Source: an uncultured Acidobacteriota bacterium (GTDB taxonomy: Bacteria > Acidobacteriota > JAQAZP01). Taken from it: a DNA stretch of 64,000 nt. Both the position numbers and the translations under genes were made by a program. This document shows positions 28,987-39,493 of this stretch, piece by piece (positions within the stretch are counted from its first letter, which is position 1; each line of letters begins with the position of its first letter). Below the pieces are notes generated by a model. That model had not been told where the DNA came from, did no database searches, and was given only the letters and a program-made list of their open reading frames with translations. Location of the stretch: the NCBI GenBank assembly GCA_963836075.1, contig CAWIIB010000001.1, positions 1,888,001 through 1,952,000 on the forward strand, in the 5' to 3' direction.

Positions 28987-30564
28987 TCACGGAGCGATCC
29001 CCGTCACCGTGCAGGAGTCGGTATCAGTGTCGCCCGACGGCGGGTACGGGGGTTGGTTGAAGGGCGCAGGGGTCACGTCCTCGGCCACCAGCGTGAACTC
29101 GTTTCTCCCAATCACCGACCCGAGGGCCGGGATGTTCCGGGGCCAGGACGTGGTAAAGCTGTCTCCGGGCGGAACGCTCAAGAATCCGGTTCGCCAGTTC
29201 GGGAGAGACTGGCCGCCGGCGAGCTCGACATCGATACGGCCGGCAAGAGTCCGGGACTGGCTTGGGTGCCGGTTCGAGACCGTCACCGACAGATCCGTCG
29301 TGAAGGGCACCGTGCCGAACGTCAGGGAACTGGTCAGAACCGACTCCACCATCCGGCCGGGGTAGTGGTATCCCATGTCCACCTGCCCGGCGTCGTCGAC
29401 GAAGTCGGTGCGGGTCGGGCGCTGGTCGAGGCAGACAGTCCCCTCGCCACTGTCGAAGCAGATGTCCGCTGACGGTTCGCTCCCGGCATCCAGACACGGG
29501 CTGTCCTCGGCCTGCCCCGCGGCTACCTGGCTGAAGTAGTAGTTGCCCTCGGGTCCGGCAAAGAATAGCGGATCGGCGTCGATGTTTCCCTCGCCCGGCC
29601 AGCCGCCCTGAACGTCGGAGTAGGAGACGATCGAGGAGCCCGATGCGTCATGGATGCTGTCCGGGCTGTTGTTCCAGACGATGCAGTTGGTGATTGTAGT
29701 TGAGCCCCAGCAGGCGATCCCACCACCGTCACCAGCTACGTTTCCACTGAAGGTGCAGTTGGTGATCGTCGTTGAGTCCCCGCAGCTGATCCCACCACCG
29801 TCATTAGCTACGTTTCCACTGAAGGTGCAGTTGGTGATCGTCGTCGATTGCCAGCAGGCGATCCCACCACCCCTAGAATATCCATACAAACCCCCATGTG
29901 CCACGTTAGCGCTGAAGGTGCAGTTGGTGATCGTCGGCGAGGAGGCGTCAATGCAGCAGACCCCACCACCGTCACCAGATAGTTCATACCCATAATACCA
30001 ATCAAGTGCGTGGTTAGCGCTGAAGGTGCAGTTGGTGATCGTCGGGGAGGAGTGGACGCAGAAGATCCCACCACCATAATGAGCTACGTTTCCACTGAAG
30101 GTGCAGTTGGTGATCGTTGGCGAGGAGAAGGCGCAAAAGATCCCACCACCATACTCTTCAGCGGTGTTATCACTAAAGGTGCAGTTGGTGATCGTCGGGG
30201 AGGAGCCGTCGCATAAGATCCCACCACCACCCCAAGCTTCTCCGTTGCGGATCGTGAATCCGTCCAGCACCGAATCCTGCTCCTCACCGTTTGTGAAATG
30301 GAAGCCTCTGCCTTGCTCCTCACAATCTATGATGCAATTCTCCGACCCGCTCTCCGCCCTGACTGTTATCGCCTTGCCGCGGAAGCCAATGTCGCGGTTG
30401 CCTGAACCAGTGTATGTACCATCGGAAACCAGCACTATGTCACCGTCTACAGCGGCATCGATCCCCGCCTGGATGGTGGGCTGGTCGCCGGGGACGTAGA
30501 TCATGGCTGCTGCGGCCACTAGGGGAAAGCAGAGTATCAGGAAAATGGGTATTGTGCGTTTCAT
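28987..30564 (-). CDS. Secreted right-handed beta-helix (pectin lyase-like/Pmp-like) protein + shared CTD
   Basis: VPGDQPTIQAGIDAA start; SPTITNCTFSxN..GGGI repeats; GNIDADPLF; CTD. Confidence 0.88.
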   Translation of the reverse strand: MKRTIPIFLILCFPLVAAAAMIYVPGDQPTIQAGIDAAVDGDIVLVSDGTYTGSGNRDIGFRGKAITVRAESGSENCIIDCEEQGRGFHFTNGEEQDSVLDGFTIRNGEAWGGGGILCDGSSPTITNCTFSDNTAEEYGGGIFCAFSSPTITNCTFSGNVAHYGGGIFCVHSSPTITNCTFSANHALDWYYGYELSGDGGGVCCIDASSPTITNCTFSANVAHGGLYGYSRGGGIACWQSTTITNCTFSGNVANDGGGISCGDSTTITNCTFSGNVAGDGGGIACWGSTTITNCIVWNNSPDSIHDASGSSIVSYSDVQGGWPGEGNIDADPLFFAGPEGNYYFSQVAAGQAEDSPCLDAGSEPSADICFDSGEGTVCLDQRPTRTDFVDDAGQVDMGYHYPGRMVESVLTSSLTFGTVPFTTDLSVTVSNRHPSQSRTLAGRIDVELAGGQSLPNWRTGFLSVPPGDSFTTSWPRNIPALGSVIGRNEFTLVAEDVTPAPFNQPPYPPSGDTDTDSCTVTGIAP

Positions 30565-30701
30565 GCTTCACCTCCATTAGCAGTGCGCAATGAGGGATAA
30601 AGAACTCGGGCACCCTGAGACGACGACGGCTATCGCACGCTGTGTGGGACGCTTGGCACCTTCATACTGTCGAACGGGTTCAGTTGAGTGAAGATAAGGT
30701 C

Positions 30702-30730
30702 AATATATTGAGCAGTAAGCGTAAATTCAA
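30702..30730 (-). promoter_or_regulatory. sigma70-type promoter TTGAAT-17-TATATT
   Basis: Exact spacing upstream of 30564 start. Confidence 0.65.
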
Positions 30731-30832
30731 GGCATTAAGGGAAGATGGTATTCCGAAACGAACATAGCATTCAGGAGCCGAACAGAAAAGATAAATATTC
30801 CGATGGGATTGTCCATTTGATGATTAAGGAAA

Positions 30833-30940
30833 TCAGTGCTTCGCCAAATACTCCTTTATCGCCTCCTCGAGCAGCGAGCCGGCGGTCTTGTCCATCTTCA
30901 GCGCCAGTATCTTCATCTCCCGCCATAGCTCGGAGTCCAT
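30833..30940 (-). pseudogene. Ribbon-helix-helix (CopG/Arc-like) protein fragment, 35 aa
   Basis: MDSELWREMKILALKMDKTAGSLLEEAIKEYLAKH*; in-frame TAG just upstream removes the ribbon strand; below ORF-track cutoff. Confidence 0.55.
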
Positions 30941-31099
30941 ATGACGTCGTTTCTAAGAGACCATTGCTGGCGGCCTCACCAGGCTAACGTTGTATACAAT
31001 TTAAGTTGTTGAAAACAAAAGATTGACGTTTTACGCCCAGTCGACTATTGGCTATTGTGCCTCGACGAATTGATCAATGTCGCCGTTTCACCCGACTGT

Positions 31100-32614
31100 C
31101 TACGGCGCTATCCCGGTCACAATGCAATGGTCAATGACCCGGTCACCCGCTGGTAGGTAGGGCGGCTGGTTCCATGGGGCTGGTGTCACATCCTCGGCAA
31201 CCACAGTGAAGACGTTATCCCCGACCAGGGGACCTAAATTCGGGATGTTCTGGTTCCAGGACGTATAGCAGCTTTCACCACTTGCAAGGGTGGTCAGTCC
31301 TGCTCGCCAGTTGAAATAGAAGGTGCTGCTGGCATAGGTGACCTGGATGCGTCCCGCAATTCTGCGAGTCTGACCGGCGTGGTTATTCGTTAGTGTTGCA
31401 GTCATTTGGGTCGTAAATGGCAAGGAGCCCGAGGCTGGGGCGCAGGTCAACTCTGCCGAGATGATTGTTGGAGGGCTCACGTTGATGAGTATGGCGACCT
31501 GGTCGGTCGTTATCGCAACGGCCAGATCCGGGGCACCGTCGCCATTCAGATCTCTAATGGCGACCGAACTGGGATCATAAGAGACCCCGTATTCCACCGC
31601 GGTCTGAAAGGTGCCGTTCCCATTGCCCAGGAGCACGGAAACATGATGAGAATTGTCATTTGCCGTAACCAGGTCCGGAACACCGTCTCCATCCAGGTCG
31701 TCAATGGCGACTGACACAGGTTGGCTACTGACACCGTAATTCACCGCGGCATCAAAAGTTCCGTCTCCATTGCCCAGCAGCACCGAAACATTGTCGTCGG
31801 TCCAATTCGCAACTACCAGATCCGGGTTGCTGTCGCCGTTCAGGTCTTCGATTACAACTGACCGAGGATAATTTCCGACCCCGTAATTCACCGCAGGCTG
31901 GAAGGTGGCGTCCCCATTGCCCAGGAGTATGGAAACGTTGTCAGAATCAAAATTCGCCACGGCCAGGTCCGGGGCGCCATCACCATCCATGTCGTCGATG
32001 GCGACCGAAAACGGCAGGGCACCGGCGCTTGAAATTACCGCGGGCTCAAATGTGCCGTTCCCATTGCCTAGGAGTACGGAGACGCTGTTGATATAAAAAT
32101 TCGCCACGGCCAGATCCGGGGCGCCGTCGCCATCCAGGTCGCCGATAGCGACCGAACTGGGAGTGTTAATGGCATCATAATTCACAGCAGCCTCAAAAGT
32201 TCCGTCCCCGTTGCCCAGGAGTACAGATACATTATCAGAATTACCATTTGCCGTAACCAGGTCCGGGGTACCGTCGCCATCCAGGTCATCGATGGCGACC
32301 GAATAGGGACTATCGCCGGCAATGTAATTCACCGCGGTCTCAAATGAGCCGTCCCCATTGCCCATGAGCACAGAGACATCGTCAGAATAATTATTCGCTG
32401 TAACCAGGTCCGGGGTGCCGTCTCCATCCAGGTCGTCAATGGCCAATAAAAATGGGTAGTCACCGGTACTGTATGTTGCTGCGGTCTCAAAGATGACGTC
32501 CCTCTTGCCCATAAGTGTCAATTCATCGGCTCTCCCAATGTCCGGTAGCACCACCCAGAAGACGATCAGAAACACCAGGCAGGCATAGCTCAGATTGCGT
32601 GAGTGCGCTCTCAT
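31100..32614 (-). CDS. Secreted VCBS/FG-GAP repeat protein + shared CTD
   Basis: GAGGAG RBS before ATG 32614; six to seven DLDGDGxPDLxxAN..VSVLLGNGDGTF repeats; CTD. Confidence 0.88.
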   Translation of the reverse strand: MRAHSRNLSYACLVFLIVFWVVLPDIGRADELTLMGKRDVIFETAATYSTGDYPFLLAIDDLDGDGTPDLVTANNYSDDVSVLMGNGDGSFETAVNYIAGDSPYSVAIDDLDGDGTPDLVTANGNSDNVSVLLGNGDGTFEAAVNYDAINTPSSVAIGDLDGDGAPDLAVANFYINSVSVLLGNGNGTFEPAVISSAGALPFSVAIDDMDGDGAPDLAVANFDSDNVSILLGNGDATFQPAVNYGVGNYPRSVVIEDLNGDSNPDLVVANWTDDNVSVLLGNGDGTFDAAVNYGVSSQPVSVAIDDLDGDGVPDLVTANDNSHHVSVLLGNGNGTFQTAVEYGVSYDPSSVAIRDLNGDGAPDLAVAITTDQVAILINVSPPTIISAELTCAPASGSLPFTTQMTATLTNNHAGQTRRIAGRIQVTYASSTFYFNWRAGLTTLASGESCYTSWNQNIPNLGPLVGDNVFTVVAEDVTPAPWNQPPYLPAGDRVIDHCIVTGIAP

Positions 32615-32670
32615 CTCGATACTCCTCGATATCCAACGATTATCACGATTGCCAGGTGTTTTCGGGCTTT

Positions 32671-34668
32671 TCACGGTGCAACCCCCGTCACCGTGCAGGT
32701 AGCCGTATCTGTGTTCCCCGCAGGCGGATAGGGCGGCTGGTTCCATGGGGCTGGTGTCACATCCTCGGCAACCACAGTGAAGACGTTATCCCCAACCAGG
32801 GGACCTAAATTCGGGATGTTCTGGTTCCACGAAGTCGCAAAGCTTTCATCACTCGCAATGCTGGTGAATCCGCCTCGCCAGTTAAATATGAAAGTGCTGT
32901 TAGCAAAGGTGACTTCGATACGTCCTGCAATCCTGCGGGCTTGACCTGTGAATTCATTGGTCAATGATATGGTCATCAAGGACGTAAATGGCAAGACGCC
33001 CGAGCCGGGCACACAGCTCAGGTCTGCCGACACAGTACCAGGCTCCCCAGGTAGTCCATAGTGGTAGCCCAAGTCCACCTGGCCACTATCCGGCACTTCA
33101 TCTGTGCGGGTCCAGGACGAATTCATCCCCAGAACGATTGCCCAGGTACTTCCGGCGTTAACGCAGGGGCTGTCCGCGACCTGACCTGCCTCAACCTGGC
33201 TTAGGTAGTAGTCACCCTCGGACCCGGTAGTGAATAGCGGATCGGCGTCGATGTTCCCCTCGCCTTCGTACCCGTCCTGGATATCGCTGTAGGTGACGAG
33301 CGGGACGCCCGTCCCGGTGATATACATGCCGTCGCCCACGGGAGCGGTGTTGCCGTAAACGATGACATTCGTGAGGACGGGCGCGGAGTCTTCGATATAG
33401 AGCCCGCCGCCCTCCCCCACACCATTCACGAAGTTGTCCGCAATGGTGATGTTGGTAAGCAGCACCGAGGAGGAATGGAATTTGATCCCTCCCCCCACGG
33501 GCTGCTGATCATCAAAATTTTCACGAGCCTCGTTCTGGGCGATCAGACAGTTCGTCACGGTGGCCGAGGCTCCGAAAAAGCTGATCCCGCCGCCACCATC
33601 AAAACCCTCATACCAGCCACTAGTAGCTCTGTTGCTCACGATGGAGCAGTCGGTGATCAGCAGGCTCGAGCCGCCCAGGCAACCAATCCCTCCGCCGTTG
33701 ACCGAACGGTTGTCAGAAAACGTAGACTCTTTGATCACGGCGTTCGAGGTGCCAACGACGAAGACCCCCCCCCCGTCACCCCAATTCTCGGTCCATCCAG
33801 ACCCAATGGCCACGTTTGATTGGAAGCTACAGTCCGAAATGACAGGCGAGCCACCGCTGCAGGCAATGCCACCACCATAGTCAGCCCGGTTCGACGAAAA
33901 AGAGCAGCTGGAGATCGTGGGTGACGAGGAGATGCAGCGAATGCCGCCGCCCGAACAATTTGACTCGCTTTCACCGGCCTCGTTGTTGGAGAAGGCACAA
34001 CTCGTGACCACGAGATCCGAGTCGATGGCGTAAATACCGCCACCACCGGAGACCGAAGCGCCACCCCAACCGCCTCCATGATTTTGCATGAATGAGCAGT
34101 CCGTGACCGTAAGATCGGAGTCGATAGCGCGAATCCCGCCGCCTTCACCATCTTCATAATAGCCATCCGCATACAACGCGAAATTTTCACAAAATTCGCA
34201 GGAATCAAAGGTCGACGAAGATCCTGTAGCGTGTAGACCCCCGCCGAATCCGGCGATGTTCGCGGTGATGAGACAGTCGCGGATGGTTGGCGACGTCTGA
34301 TCACAATAGATACCGCCGCCATATTCGTACTCACCGACAACGGTCCCGGTGCCATTCTGGATCGTGAATCCCTCGAGCACCGAGGCGCTCCCCTCGCCGC
34401 TGGCAAATGTGACGACCGATCCGTTCTGGTTGCCATCGATGATGGTCAGGTCCGCGCTGCTCTCACTCCGAACGGTGATTGCCTTGCCGAGGAAGTCGAT
34501 GGTCTCCACGTACGTCCCGGCCGCGACGAGCACGGTGTCGCCATCCACCGCGGCATCGATCCCAGCCTGGATAGTGGGCTGTTCGCTCGGGACATGGATA
34601 ACGGCACCCGTCGCCACAATGGGCAGACAAAAGAAAATAATGGCCAGACTCGTCATTGCTTTGAGCAT
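32671..34668 (-). CDS. Secreted right-handed beta-helix protein + shared CTD
   Basis: Signal peptide; PTIQAGIDAA; GGGI/FxxN repeats; CTD. Confidence 0.88.
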   Translation of the reverse strand: MLKAMTSLAIIFFCLPIVATGAVIHVPSEQPTIQAGIDAAVDGDTVLVAAGTYVETIDFLGKAITVRSESSADLTIIDGNQNGSVVTFASGEGSASVLEGFTIQNGTGTVVGEYEYGGGIYCDQTSPTIRDCLITANIAGFGGGLHATGSSSTFDSCEFCENFALYADGYYEDGEGGGIRAIDSDLTVTDCSFMQNHGGGWGGASVSGGGGIYAIDSDLVVTSCAFSNNEAGESESNCSGGGIRCISSSPTISSCSFSSNRADYGGGIACSGGSPVISDCSFQSNVAIGSGWTENWGDGGGVFVVGTSNAVIKESTFSDNRSVNGGGIGCLGGSSLLITDCSIVSNRATSGWYEGFDGGGGISFFGASATVTNCLIAQNEARENFDDQQPVGGGIKFHSSSVLLTNITIADNFVNGVGEGGGLYIEDSAPVLTNVIVYGNTAPVGDGMYITGTGVPLVTYSDIQDGYEGEGNIDADPLFTTGSEGDYYLSQVEAGQVADSPCVNAGSTWAIVLGMNSSWTRTDEVPDSGQVDLGYHYGLPGEPGTVSADLSCVPGSGVLPFTSLMTISLTNEFTGQARRIAGRIEVTFANSTFIFNWRGGFTSIASDESFATSWNQNIPNLGPLVGDNVFTVVAEDVTPAPWNQPPYPPAGNTDTATCTVTGVAP

Positions 34669-34747
34669 GGGAACGACCTCATTTCTTTGAATACACAGAG
34701 AGATTGGACGACGGGTTCAGGGGTGACCCAAACACACAACTACCATG

Positions 34748-34776
34748 AATATAATTTACTTCAAGAAAAAGGGCAA
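34748..34776 (-). promoter_or_regulatory. sigma70-type promoter TTGCCC-17-TATATT
   Basis: Exact spacing; homologous to other array promoters. Confidence 0.7.
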
Positions 34777-34853
34777 ACGCGCCATCTCGAGCATGCAGCC
34801 GGCGCCCCCATCCTGCTGAAGATTTGTCCGCCCGGGCGTGACGACAGCAACGG

Positions 34854-36488
34854 TCACGGCGCGATCCCCGTAACCGTGCAGTCAGACGAGTCGGTGTCCC
34901 CCGATGGTGGATAGGGCGGTTGGTTGTAAGGCGGTGGCGTCACGTCCTCCGCTATGAGAGTGAAGGTATTGGTGCCGATCACAGTTGGATGGGCCGGAAT
35001 CGTCTGGATGATACTGGTGGTGAACGATGCTCCCGAAGCGAGGTTTAACCAGCCGGTTTTCCAGTTGGGAATGGACGTGCCGCCGGCGGTCAGGACATCT
35101 ATCTTGGCTCCCACCTTGCGGGTGAATCCGTAGTAGGTGTTGGTCAGCCGCAGGCCGATTTGGGCGATAAAGGGAACCGTGCCCGAGGCAGGCAGGCAGA
35201 GCAACTGGGCTGATACAGACTTCCAGGGGTAGTGATACCCCATGTCCGCCACACCGATGTCTTGAACATGGTCGGTGCGGGTGGTGCCGTCGATGGGTTC
35301 GTATTCCGGGGCGCCGGAGTCGACACAGGGGCTGTCCTCGGCTTGGCCGGCCGCGATCTGGCTCAGGTAGTTTTCGCCCCAAGGGCCGACCGCGAACAGT
35401 GGATCGGCGTCGATCATTCCCTCACCCCAGTGAAGATTGGCACCCTCATCCACGAATACCGCCGCCTCTCCTCCCTGGACGTCGGAGAAGGAAATATGGA
35501 CGATGGGGTGGCTGGACCGAACAGAGATCTCCGGGCCCGTGGAGGCTTCGTCGCCCCAGAGAATGGTGTTCGAACAGTAGAGGAGGTATTCCCCGTAGCA
35601 GTAAAGCCCTCCGCCCTCTCCGGCTGTATTGCCGGTGATGGTTGAGCTGTACACGGTACCGCTGCATGCTCCCACGGAAGATGATATGAGCGCCAAACCA
35701 CCGCCGGTGCCGGCATTGTTACCACTGACCAGGCAGTTCGAGATGTAGCAGTAATCCCCGTCCGCGTGGACACCTCCTCCTCTGTACTCTGCGACGTTGT
35801 CGCTTATTACGCACTTACTGATGGAGAAGGATCCCCATCGGGACCAGATCCCCCCGCCGTAGTTGGCCGAATTGGCGGTGATCGTGGTCTCTGTAATGGT
35901 ACCAAGGAATTGATAGAGCCGGATTCCGTGATCGTCGTTGCCGCTGACCAGACAACCGGTGATCTCGTCGTCGCCCCCATCGCACCGGATTCCGGTACCC
36001 GAGTTGTCCTGGATGACTGAATCTCGAAGGAGGAAAGAACTCCCGGACCCAAGGACACCGATTCCGGTGTTCTCACGAACCATTACTTGATCGATGAGCG
36101 GGGCCGAGCCTTCGCAGCAGATGGCCCCACCGGACTGGTCGCTCCACCCGTTCCTGATGGTGAACCCGCAAACAACGGCTCCCCGTGACTCACCGGTCCG
36201 AAAGTTGAATCCGAAGTGGGGCTCGCCTGAACTCCCTTGGCAGTCAATGACGCAGACGTCGGGGCCATTCTCGGAACGGAGGGTGATGCTCTTACCATGG
36301 TAGTCGATATCCCGGTTGCCGTCGCCGATGTAGGTCCCGTCCGCCACCAGCACGGTGTCACCGTCCACAGCGGCGTCGATGCCGGCCTGAATGGTGGGCT
36401 GGTCGCCGGGGACGTGGATGGTCTCAGCCGCGACCGCCAAGGGGAGAAAGAGGAATAGGACGGTCATTGCCGCGATATGCCTTAGCAT
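34854..36488 (-). CDS. Secreted right-handed beta-helix protein + shared CTD
   Basis: Start at MLRHIAAM signal peptide; VPGDQPTIQAGIDAA; CTD. Confidence 0.86.
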   Translation of the reverse strand: MLRHIAAMTVLFLFLPLAVAAETIHVPGDQPTIQAGIDAAVDGDTVLVADGTYIGDGNRDIDYHGKSITLRSENGPDVCVIDCQGSSGEPHFGFNFRTGESRGAVVCGFTIRNGWSDQSGGAICCEGSAPLIDQVMVRENTGIGVLGSGSSFLLRDSVIQDNSGTGIRCDGGDDEITGCLVSGNDDHGIRLYQFLGTITETTITANSANYGGGIWSRWGSFSISKCVISDNVAEYRGGGVHADGDYCYISNCLVSGNNAGTGGGLALISSSVGACSGTVYSSTITGNTAGEGGGLYCYGEYLLYCSNTILWGDEASTGPEISVRSSHPIVHISFSDVQGGEAAVFVDEGANLHWGEGMIDADPLFAVGPWGENYLSQIAAGQAEDSPCVDSGAPEYEPIDGTTRTDHVQDIGVADMGYHYPWKSVSAQLLCLPASGTVPFIAQIGLRLTNTYYGFTRKVGAKIDVLTAGGTSIPNWKTGWLNLASGASFTTSIIQTIPAHPTVIGTNTFTLIAEDVTPPPYNQPPYPPSGDTDSSDCTVTGIAP

Positions 36489-36563
36489 GACATTCACTTT
36501 ATTCGTTAATATCACGGACATAATGAGCTTTTGGGCGGTGTGCCCCAACACCCGTACGCATTG

Positions 36564-36592
36564 AATGTAATTTCCTTCTGCAAAACAAACAA
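36564..36592 (-). promoter_or_regulatory. sigma70-type promoter TTGTTT-17-TACATT
   Basis: Exact spacing at the homologous position. Confidence 0.6.
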
Positions 36593-36689
36593 GCGGAATT
36601 TCGAGGTAGTGGTGGCTGGCGGCCCCACCCTGCTGATGATGTGGCCCCCGGCATCAAGGACCTCAGGCCTTGGAAATCCATTTGCCGGC

Positions 36690-39230
36690 TTACGGTGCAA
36701 TACCCTCCACCGTGCAGGAGTCGGTATCGGTGTCCCCGGATGGCGGATAGGGTGGCTGGTTGTAAGGCGCAGGCGTCACATCCTCGGTCACCAACTCGAA
36801 CAGGTTATCACCGATCACCGAGCCCAGAGCCGGGATGGTCATGTTCCATGCGGCAATATAACTGCTCCCGGGGGACACGCTGGTGTTCCCGGCGCGCCAA
36901 TTTGGGTAGTGGCCGCTTCCGGCAAGCGTGACGTTGATGCGGCCCGCGATCCTCCGGGTCTGGCCGGTGTATTGGTTGGCCAGTGTCACCGTCATGGAGG
37001 TGCTGAAGGGTACTGTCCCGGCCGGCGGGATGCAGGTCAGCTCAGCTGCAATGGTGCCCCGACTGTTTATCAATACCGAAACATTGTTGTCCCAGCGATT
37101 GCACACCGCCAGGTCCGCTTTTCCATCGCCGTCCAGATCGTCGATGGCCACCGATCCCGGCTCCCCGCAGACACCAAAATGGCCGGCTTCCCGGAAGGTG
37201 CCATCCCCGTTGCCGGTCAGCACCGATACGGAATTTGAGGAGATATTGGTTGCCGCGAGGTCCGGAATGCCGTCGCCGTCCAGGTCATCGACAGCAACTG
37301 ACATGGGCCGTCTTCCAACCAGGTAATTAACGACCTCATTGAACGTGCCGTCGCCGTTGCCCAACAGCACCGAGATATCATGGCTGCTGTAATTCGCCGT
37401 GACGATATCCGGATTCGCGTCACCGTCCAGATCGTCGATGGCCAGGATGCGCGGGCTTTCACCAACCCCGATGCCGACAGCGGCCTGGAAGGTGCCGTCC
37501 CCATTGGCAATGAAAATCGAGACATCGTCGCTGGCTTCGTTCGCCGTGGCCAGGTCCTGGTGACCATCCCGGTCAAGATCGGCGATGGCCACCGAATACG
37601 GGTTAACACCCGCCGCGTAGTTTACGGCGGCCTGGAATGTCCCGTCCCCGTTACCCGGATAAACCGAGACCATACTACCGTACGTAATGGTAACGGCCAG
37701 ATCCTGGTGCTGGTCATCGTTCAGATAGCCAACGGCCACTGAACTCGGGTTTATATCAACTTCGAAAGTGATCGGAGCCTGAACGGTGCCGTCGCCATTG
37801 CCCAGGAGCACCGAAACGTCATCGGTCCAGTTATTCGCCGTCACCAGGTCCGGATGTCCATCCTCGTCCAGGTCTCCCGAAACGATGGTATAGGGCCATT
37901 CGCCAACAACGTAGTTCACCGGGGGTTGATACGTCCCGTCGCCCACACCTAAAAGAATCGAAACATCATCACTATACTGGTTGGCCACTGCCAGATCAGG
38001 ATGACCGTTTCCGTCAAGATCGCACGTGCATACCGAACGTGGAGTATTGCCGGCATCGTAGTTTGTAGAGGCTTTGAACGTAGCATCGCCATTGTCCAGC
38101 AAGATGGAGATAAAACCGTAGGTGCTGTTCCCCACTGCGATGTCCGGACGGCCATTGCCATCGAGGTCGCCCACGGCCAGCCCTCTTGGCGTATTTCCCA
38201 CCCAGTACTTCCCACCGGGCTGCAGTGACCCATCCCCGACGCCGAAGAAAATGGAAATCGTGTCATCGTAATCGTGTGCCGCCACCACGTCTCTGGTGCC
38301 GTCGAGATCAAGGTCGCCAAAAGCCAGGGTTGAAATGGAATGTTCGGCAATGATATCGATGGCCGGCTGGAACGTCCCGTCGCCGTTCCCCGGAAAAATG
38401 GTGATGGTATATCCATGCACCACCACCAGGTCCAGATGCCCGTCGTCGTTCATCCACCTCAGATATACTCGTTCGGGATCCCACAGAAACGTGCTCCATG
38501 CCTGGACAAGACTTCCGTTCCCCAATCCCTGGAGGACGAGGACTGAATTGCTCCCCTCCAGCGCCACGGCCACGTCGAGGTTGTTGTCTCCGGTCAGCTC
38601 GCCGATGGCCAGAGACCAGGGGGTGTTGGGTAGACCGAGCTCATGATGAATGGCCGCCTGGAAGGTGCCGTCCCCGTTGCCCAGAAAGGTGCAGACACAA
38701 CAGTGCGTGCTGTTCGCCGTGACCAAGTCGGGGTGACCGTCGTTGTTCAGGTCACCGATATCCACCCAGACGGTGTCGAAATGGGAGGCATACTGCACGC
38801 TGGGCAGGAAGGTGCCGTTCCCGACGCCCAGGAACACCGACACGTCGTCGGTGCCGCTGTTGGCCATGACCAGGTCGAGGTCACCGTCCCCGTCCAGGTC
38901 GTCCACGGCGATGTGGCGGGGGGAGGTGCCTCCGGTGTAGTAAGCCTCAGGCTGCAGCGTGCCGTTCCCGTTGCCCAGAAAAACCGCGGCAAAGCCCCAG
39001 CCATCCGCCCCGGCCACATCGTTGTGCCCGTCTCCGTCCAGGTCGGCGATGACCATCGAATGGCAGCGACAGTCCCGCCCGTAGTCGACCCTGACATCGA
39101 ACAGATGATTGCCCTCCGCCGGCGCAGCGAGAAAACAGAGGCTTGTCATTGTCAAACAGATCAAATGGCTTGCTCGGGTGGCCATGGCGGAACATCGATG
39201 ACCGTCAAACAACAGAGAATTCGTTGGCAT
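36690..39230 (-). CDS. Secreted VCBS/FG-GAP repeat protein (~13 repeats) + shared CTD
   Basis: DLDGDG..GNGDGTF repeats; CTD; start uncertain (39242/39230/39185). Confidence 0.87.
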   Translation of the reverse strand: MPTNSLLFDGHRCSAMATRASHLICLTMTSLCFLAAPAEGNHLFDVRVDYGRDCRCHSMVIADLDGDGHNDVAGADGWGFAAVFLGNGNGTLQPEAYYTGGTSPRHIAVDDLDGDGDLDLVMANSGTDDVSVFLGVGNGTFLPSVQYASHFDTVWVDIGDLNNDGHPDLVTANSTHCCVCTFLGNGDGTFQAAIHHELGLPNTPWSLAIGELTGDNNLDVAVALEGSNSVLVLQGLGNGSLVQAWSTFLWDPERVYLRWMNDDGHLDLVVVHGYTITIFPGNGDGTFQPAIDIIAEHSISTLAFGDLDLDGTRDVVAAHDYDDTISIFFGVGDGSLQPGGKYWVGNTPRGLAVGDLDGNGRPDIAVGNSTYGFISILLDNGDATFKASTNYDAGNTPRSVCTCDLDGNGHPDLAVANQYSDDVSILLGVGDGTYQPPVNYVVGEWPYTIVSGDLDEDGHPDLVTANNWTDDVSVLLGNGDGTVQAPITFEVDINPSSVAVGYLNDDQHQDLAVTITYGSMVSVYPGNGDGTFQAAVNYAAGVNPYSVAIADLDRDGHQDLATANEASDDVSIFIANGDGTFQAAVGIGVGESPRILAIDDLDGDANPDIVTANYSSHDISVLLGNGDGTFNEVVNYLVGRRPMSVAVDDLDGDGIPDLAATNISSNSVSVLTGNGDGTFREAGHFGVCGEPGSVAIDDLDGDGKADLAVCNRWDNNVSVLINSRGTIAAELTCIPPAGTVPFSTSMTVTLANQYTGQTRRIAGRINVTLAGSGHYPNWRAGNTSVSPGSSYIAAWNMTIPALGSVIGDNLFELVTEDVTPAPYNQPPYPPSGDTDTDSCTVEGIAP

Positions 39231-39308
39231 GGTAACCACCATTGATCGAATAATTTACATGAAGGACGGATGCTCCGGTCGGGATGCACCGAGCAGATGT
39301 ATGCCTTG

Positions 39309-39337
39309 AATATAGTTTCATTATGCAAAACGGGCAA
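39309..39337 (-). promoter_or_regulatory. sigma70-type promoter TTGCCC-17-TATATT
   Basis: Exact spacing. Confidence 0.7.
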
Positions 39338-39493
39338 GCGAGCCGCCTGTACACTTGTGGCCGGTGGTCACACCCTGCTAATGATTTAGTCAATTCAAGT
39401 TGTTGATAACAAAAGATCGACTGTTTTTCTGGGATCGACTTCTCGATACGCTGCTAGGCCTGATCAATCAATGTCGCTGTATCACCCGACCGT

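Noticed and set aside
31158-32829. Diversity-generating retroelement TR/VR pair
   Set aside because: Only one mismatch, both copies are coding, there is no adenine-specific variation, and no reverse transcriptase is present in the window.
36615-36643. Boundary motif as a sigma54 promoter (GG...TGC)
   Set aside because: GG-to-GC spacing is 9 or 12 nt rather than 10, and it points away from the adjacent genes.
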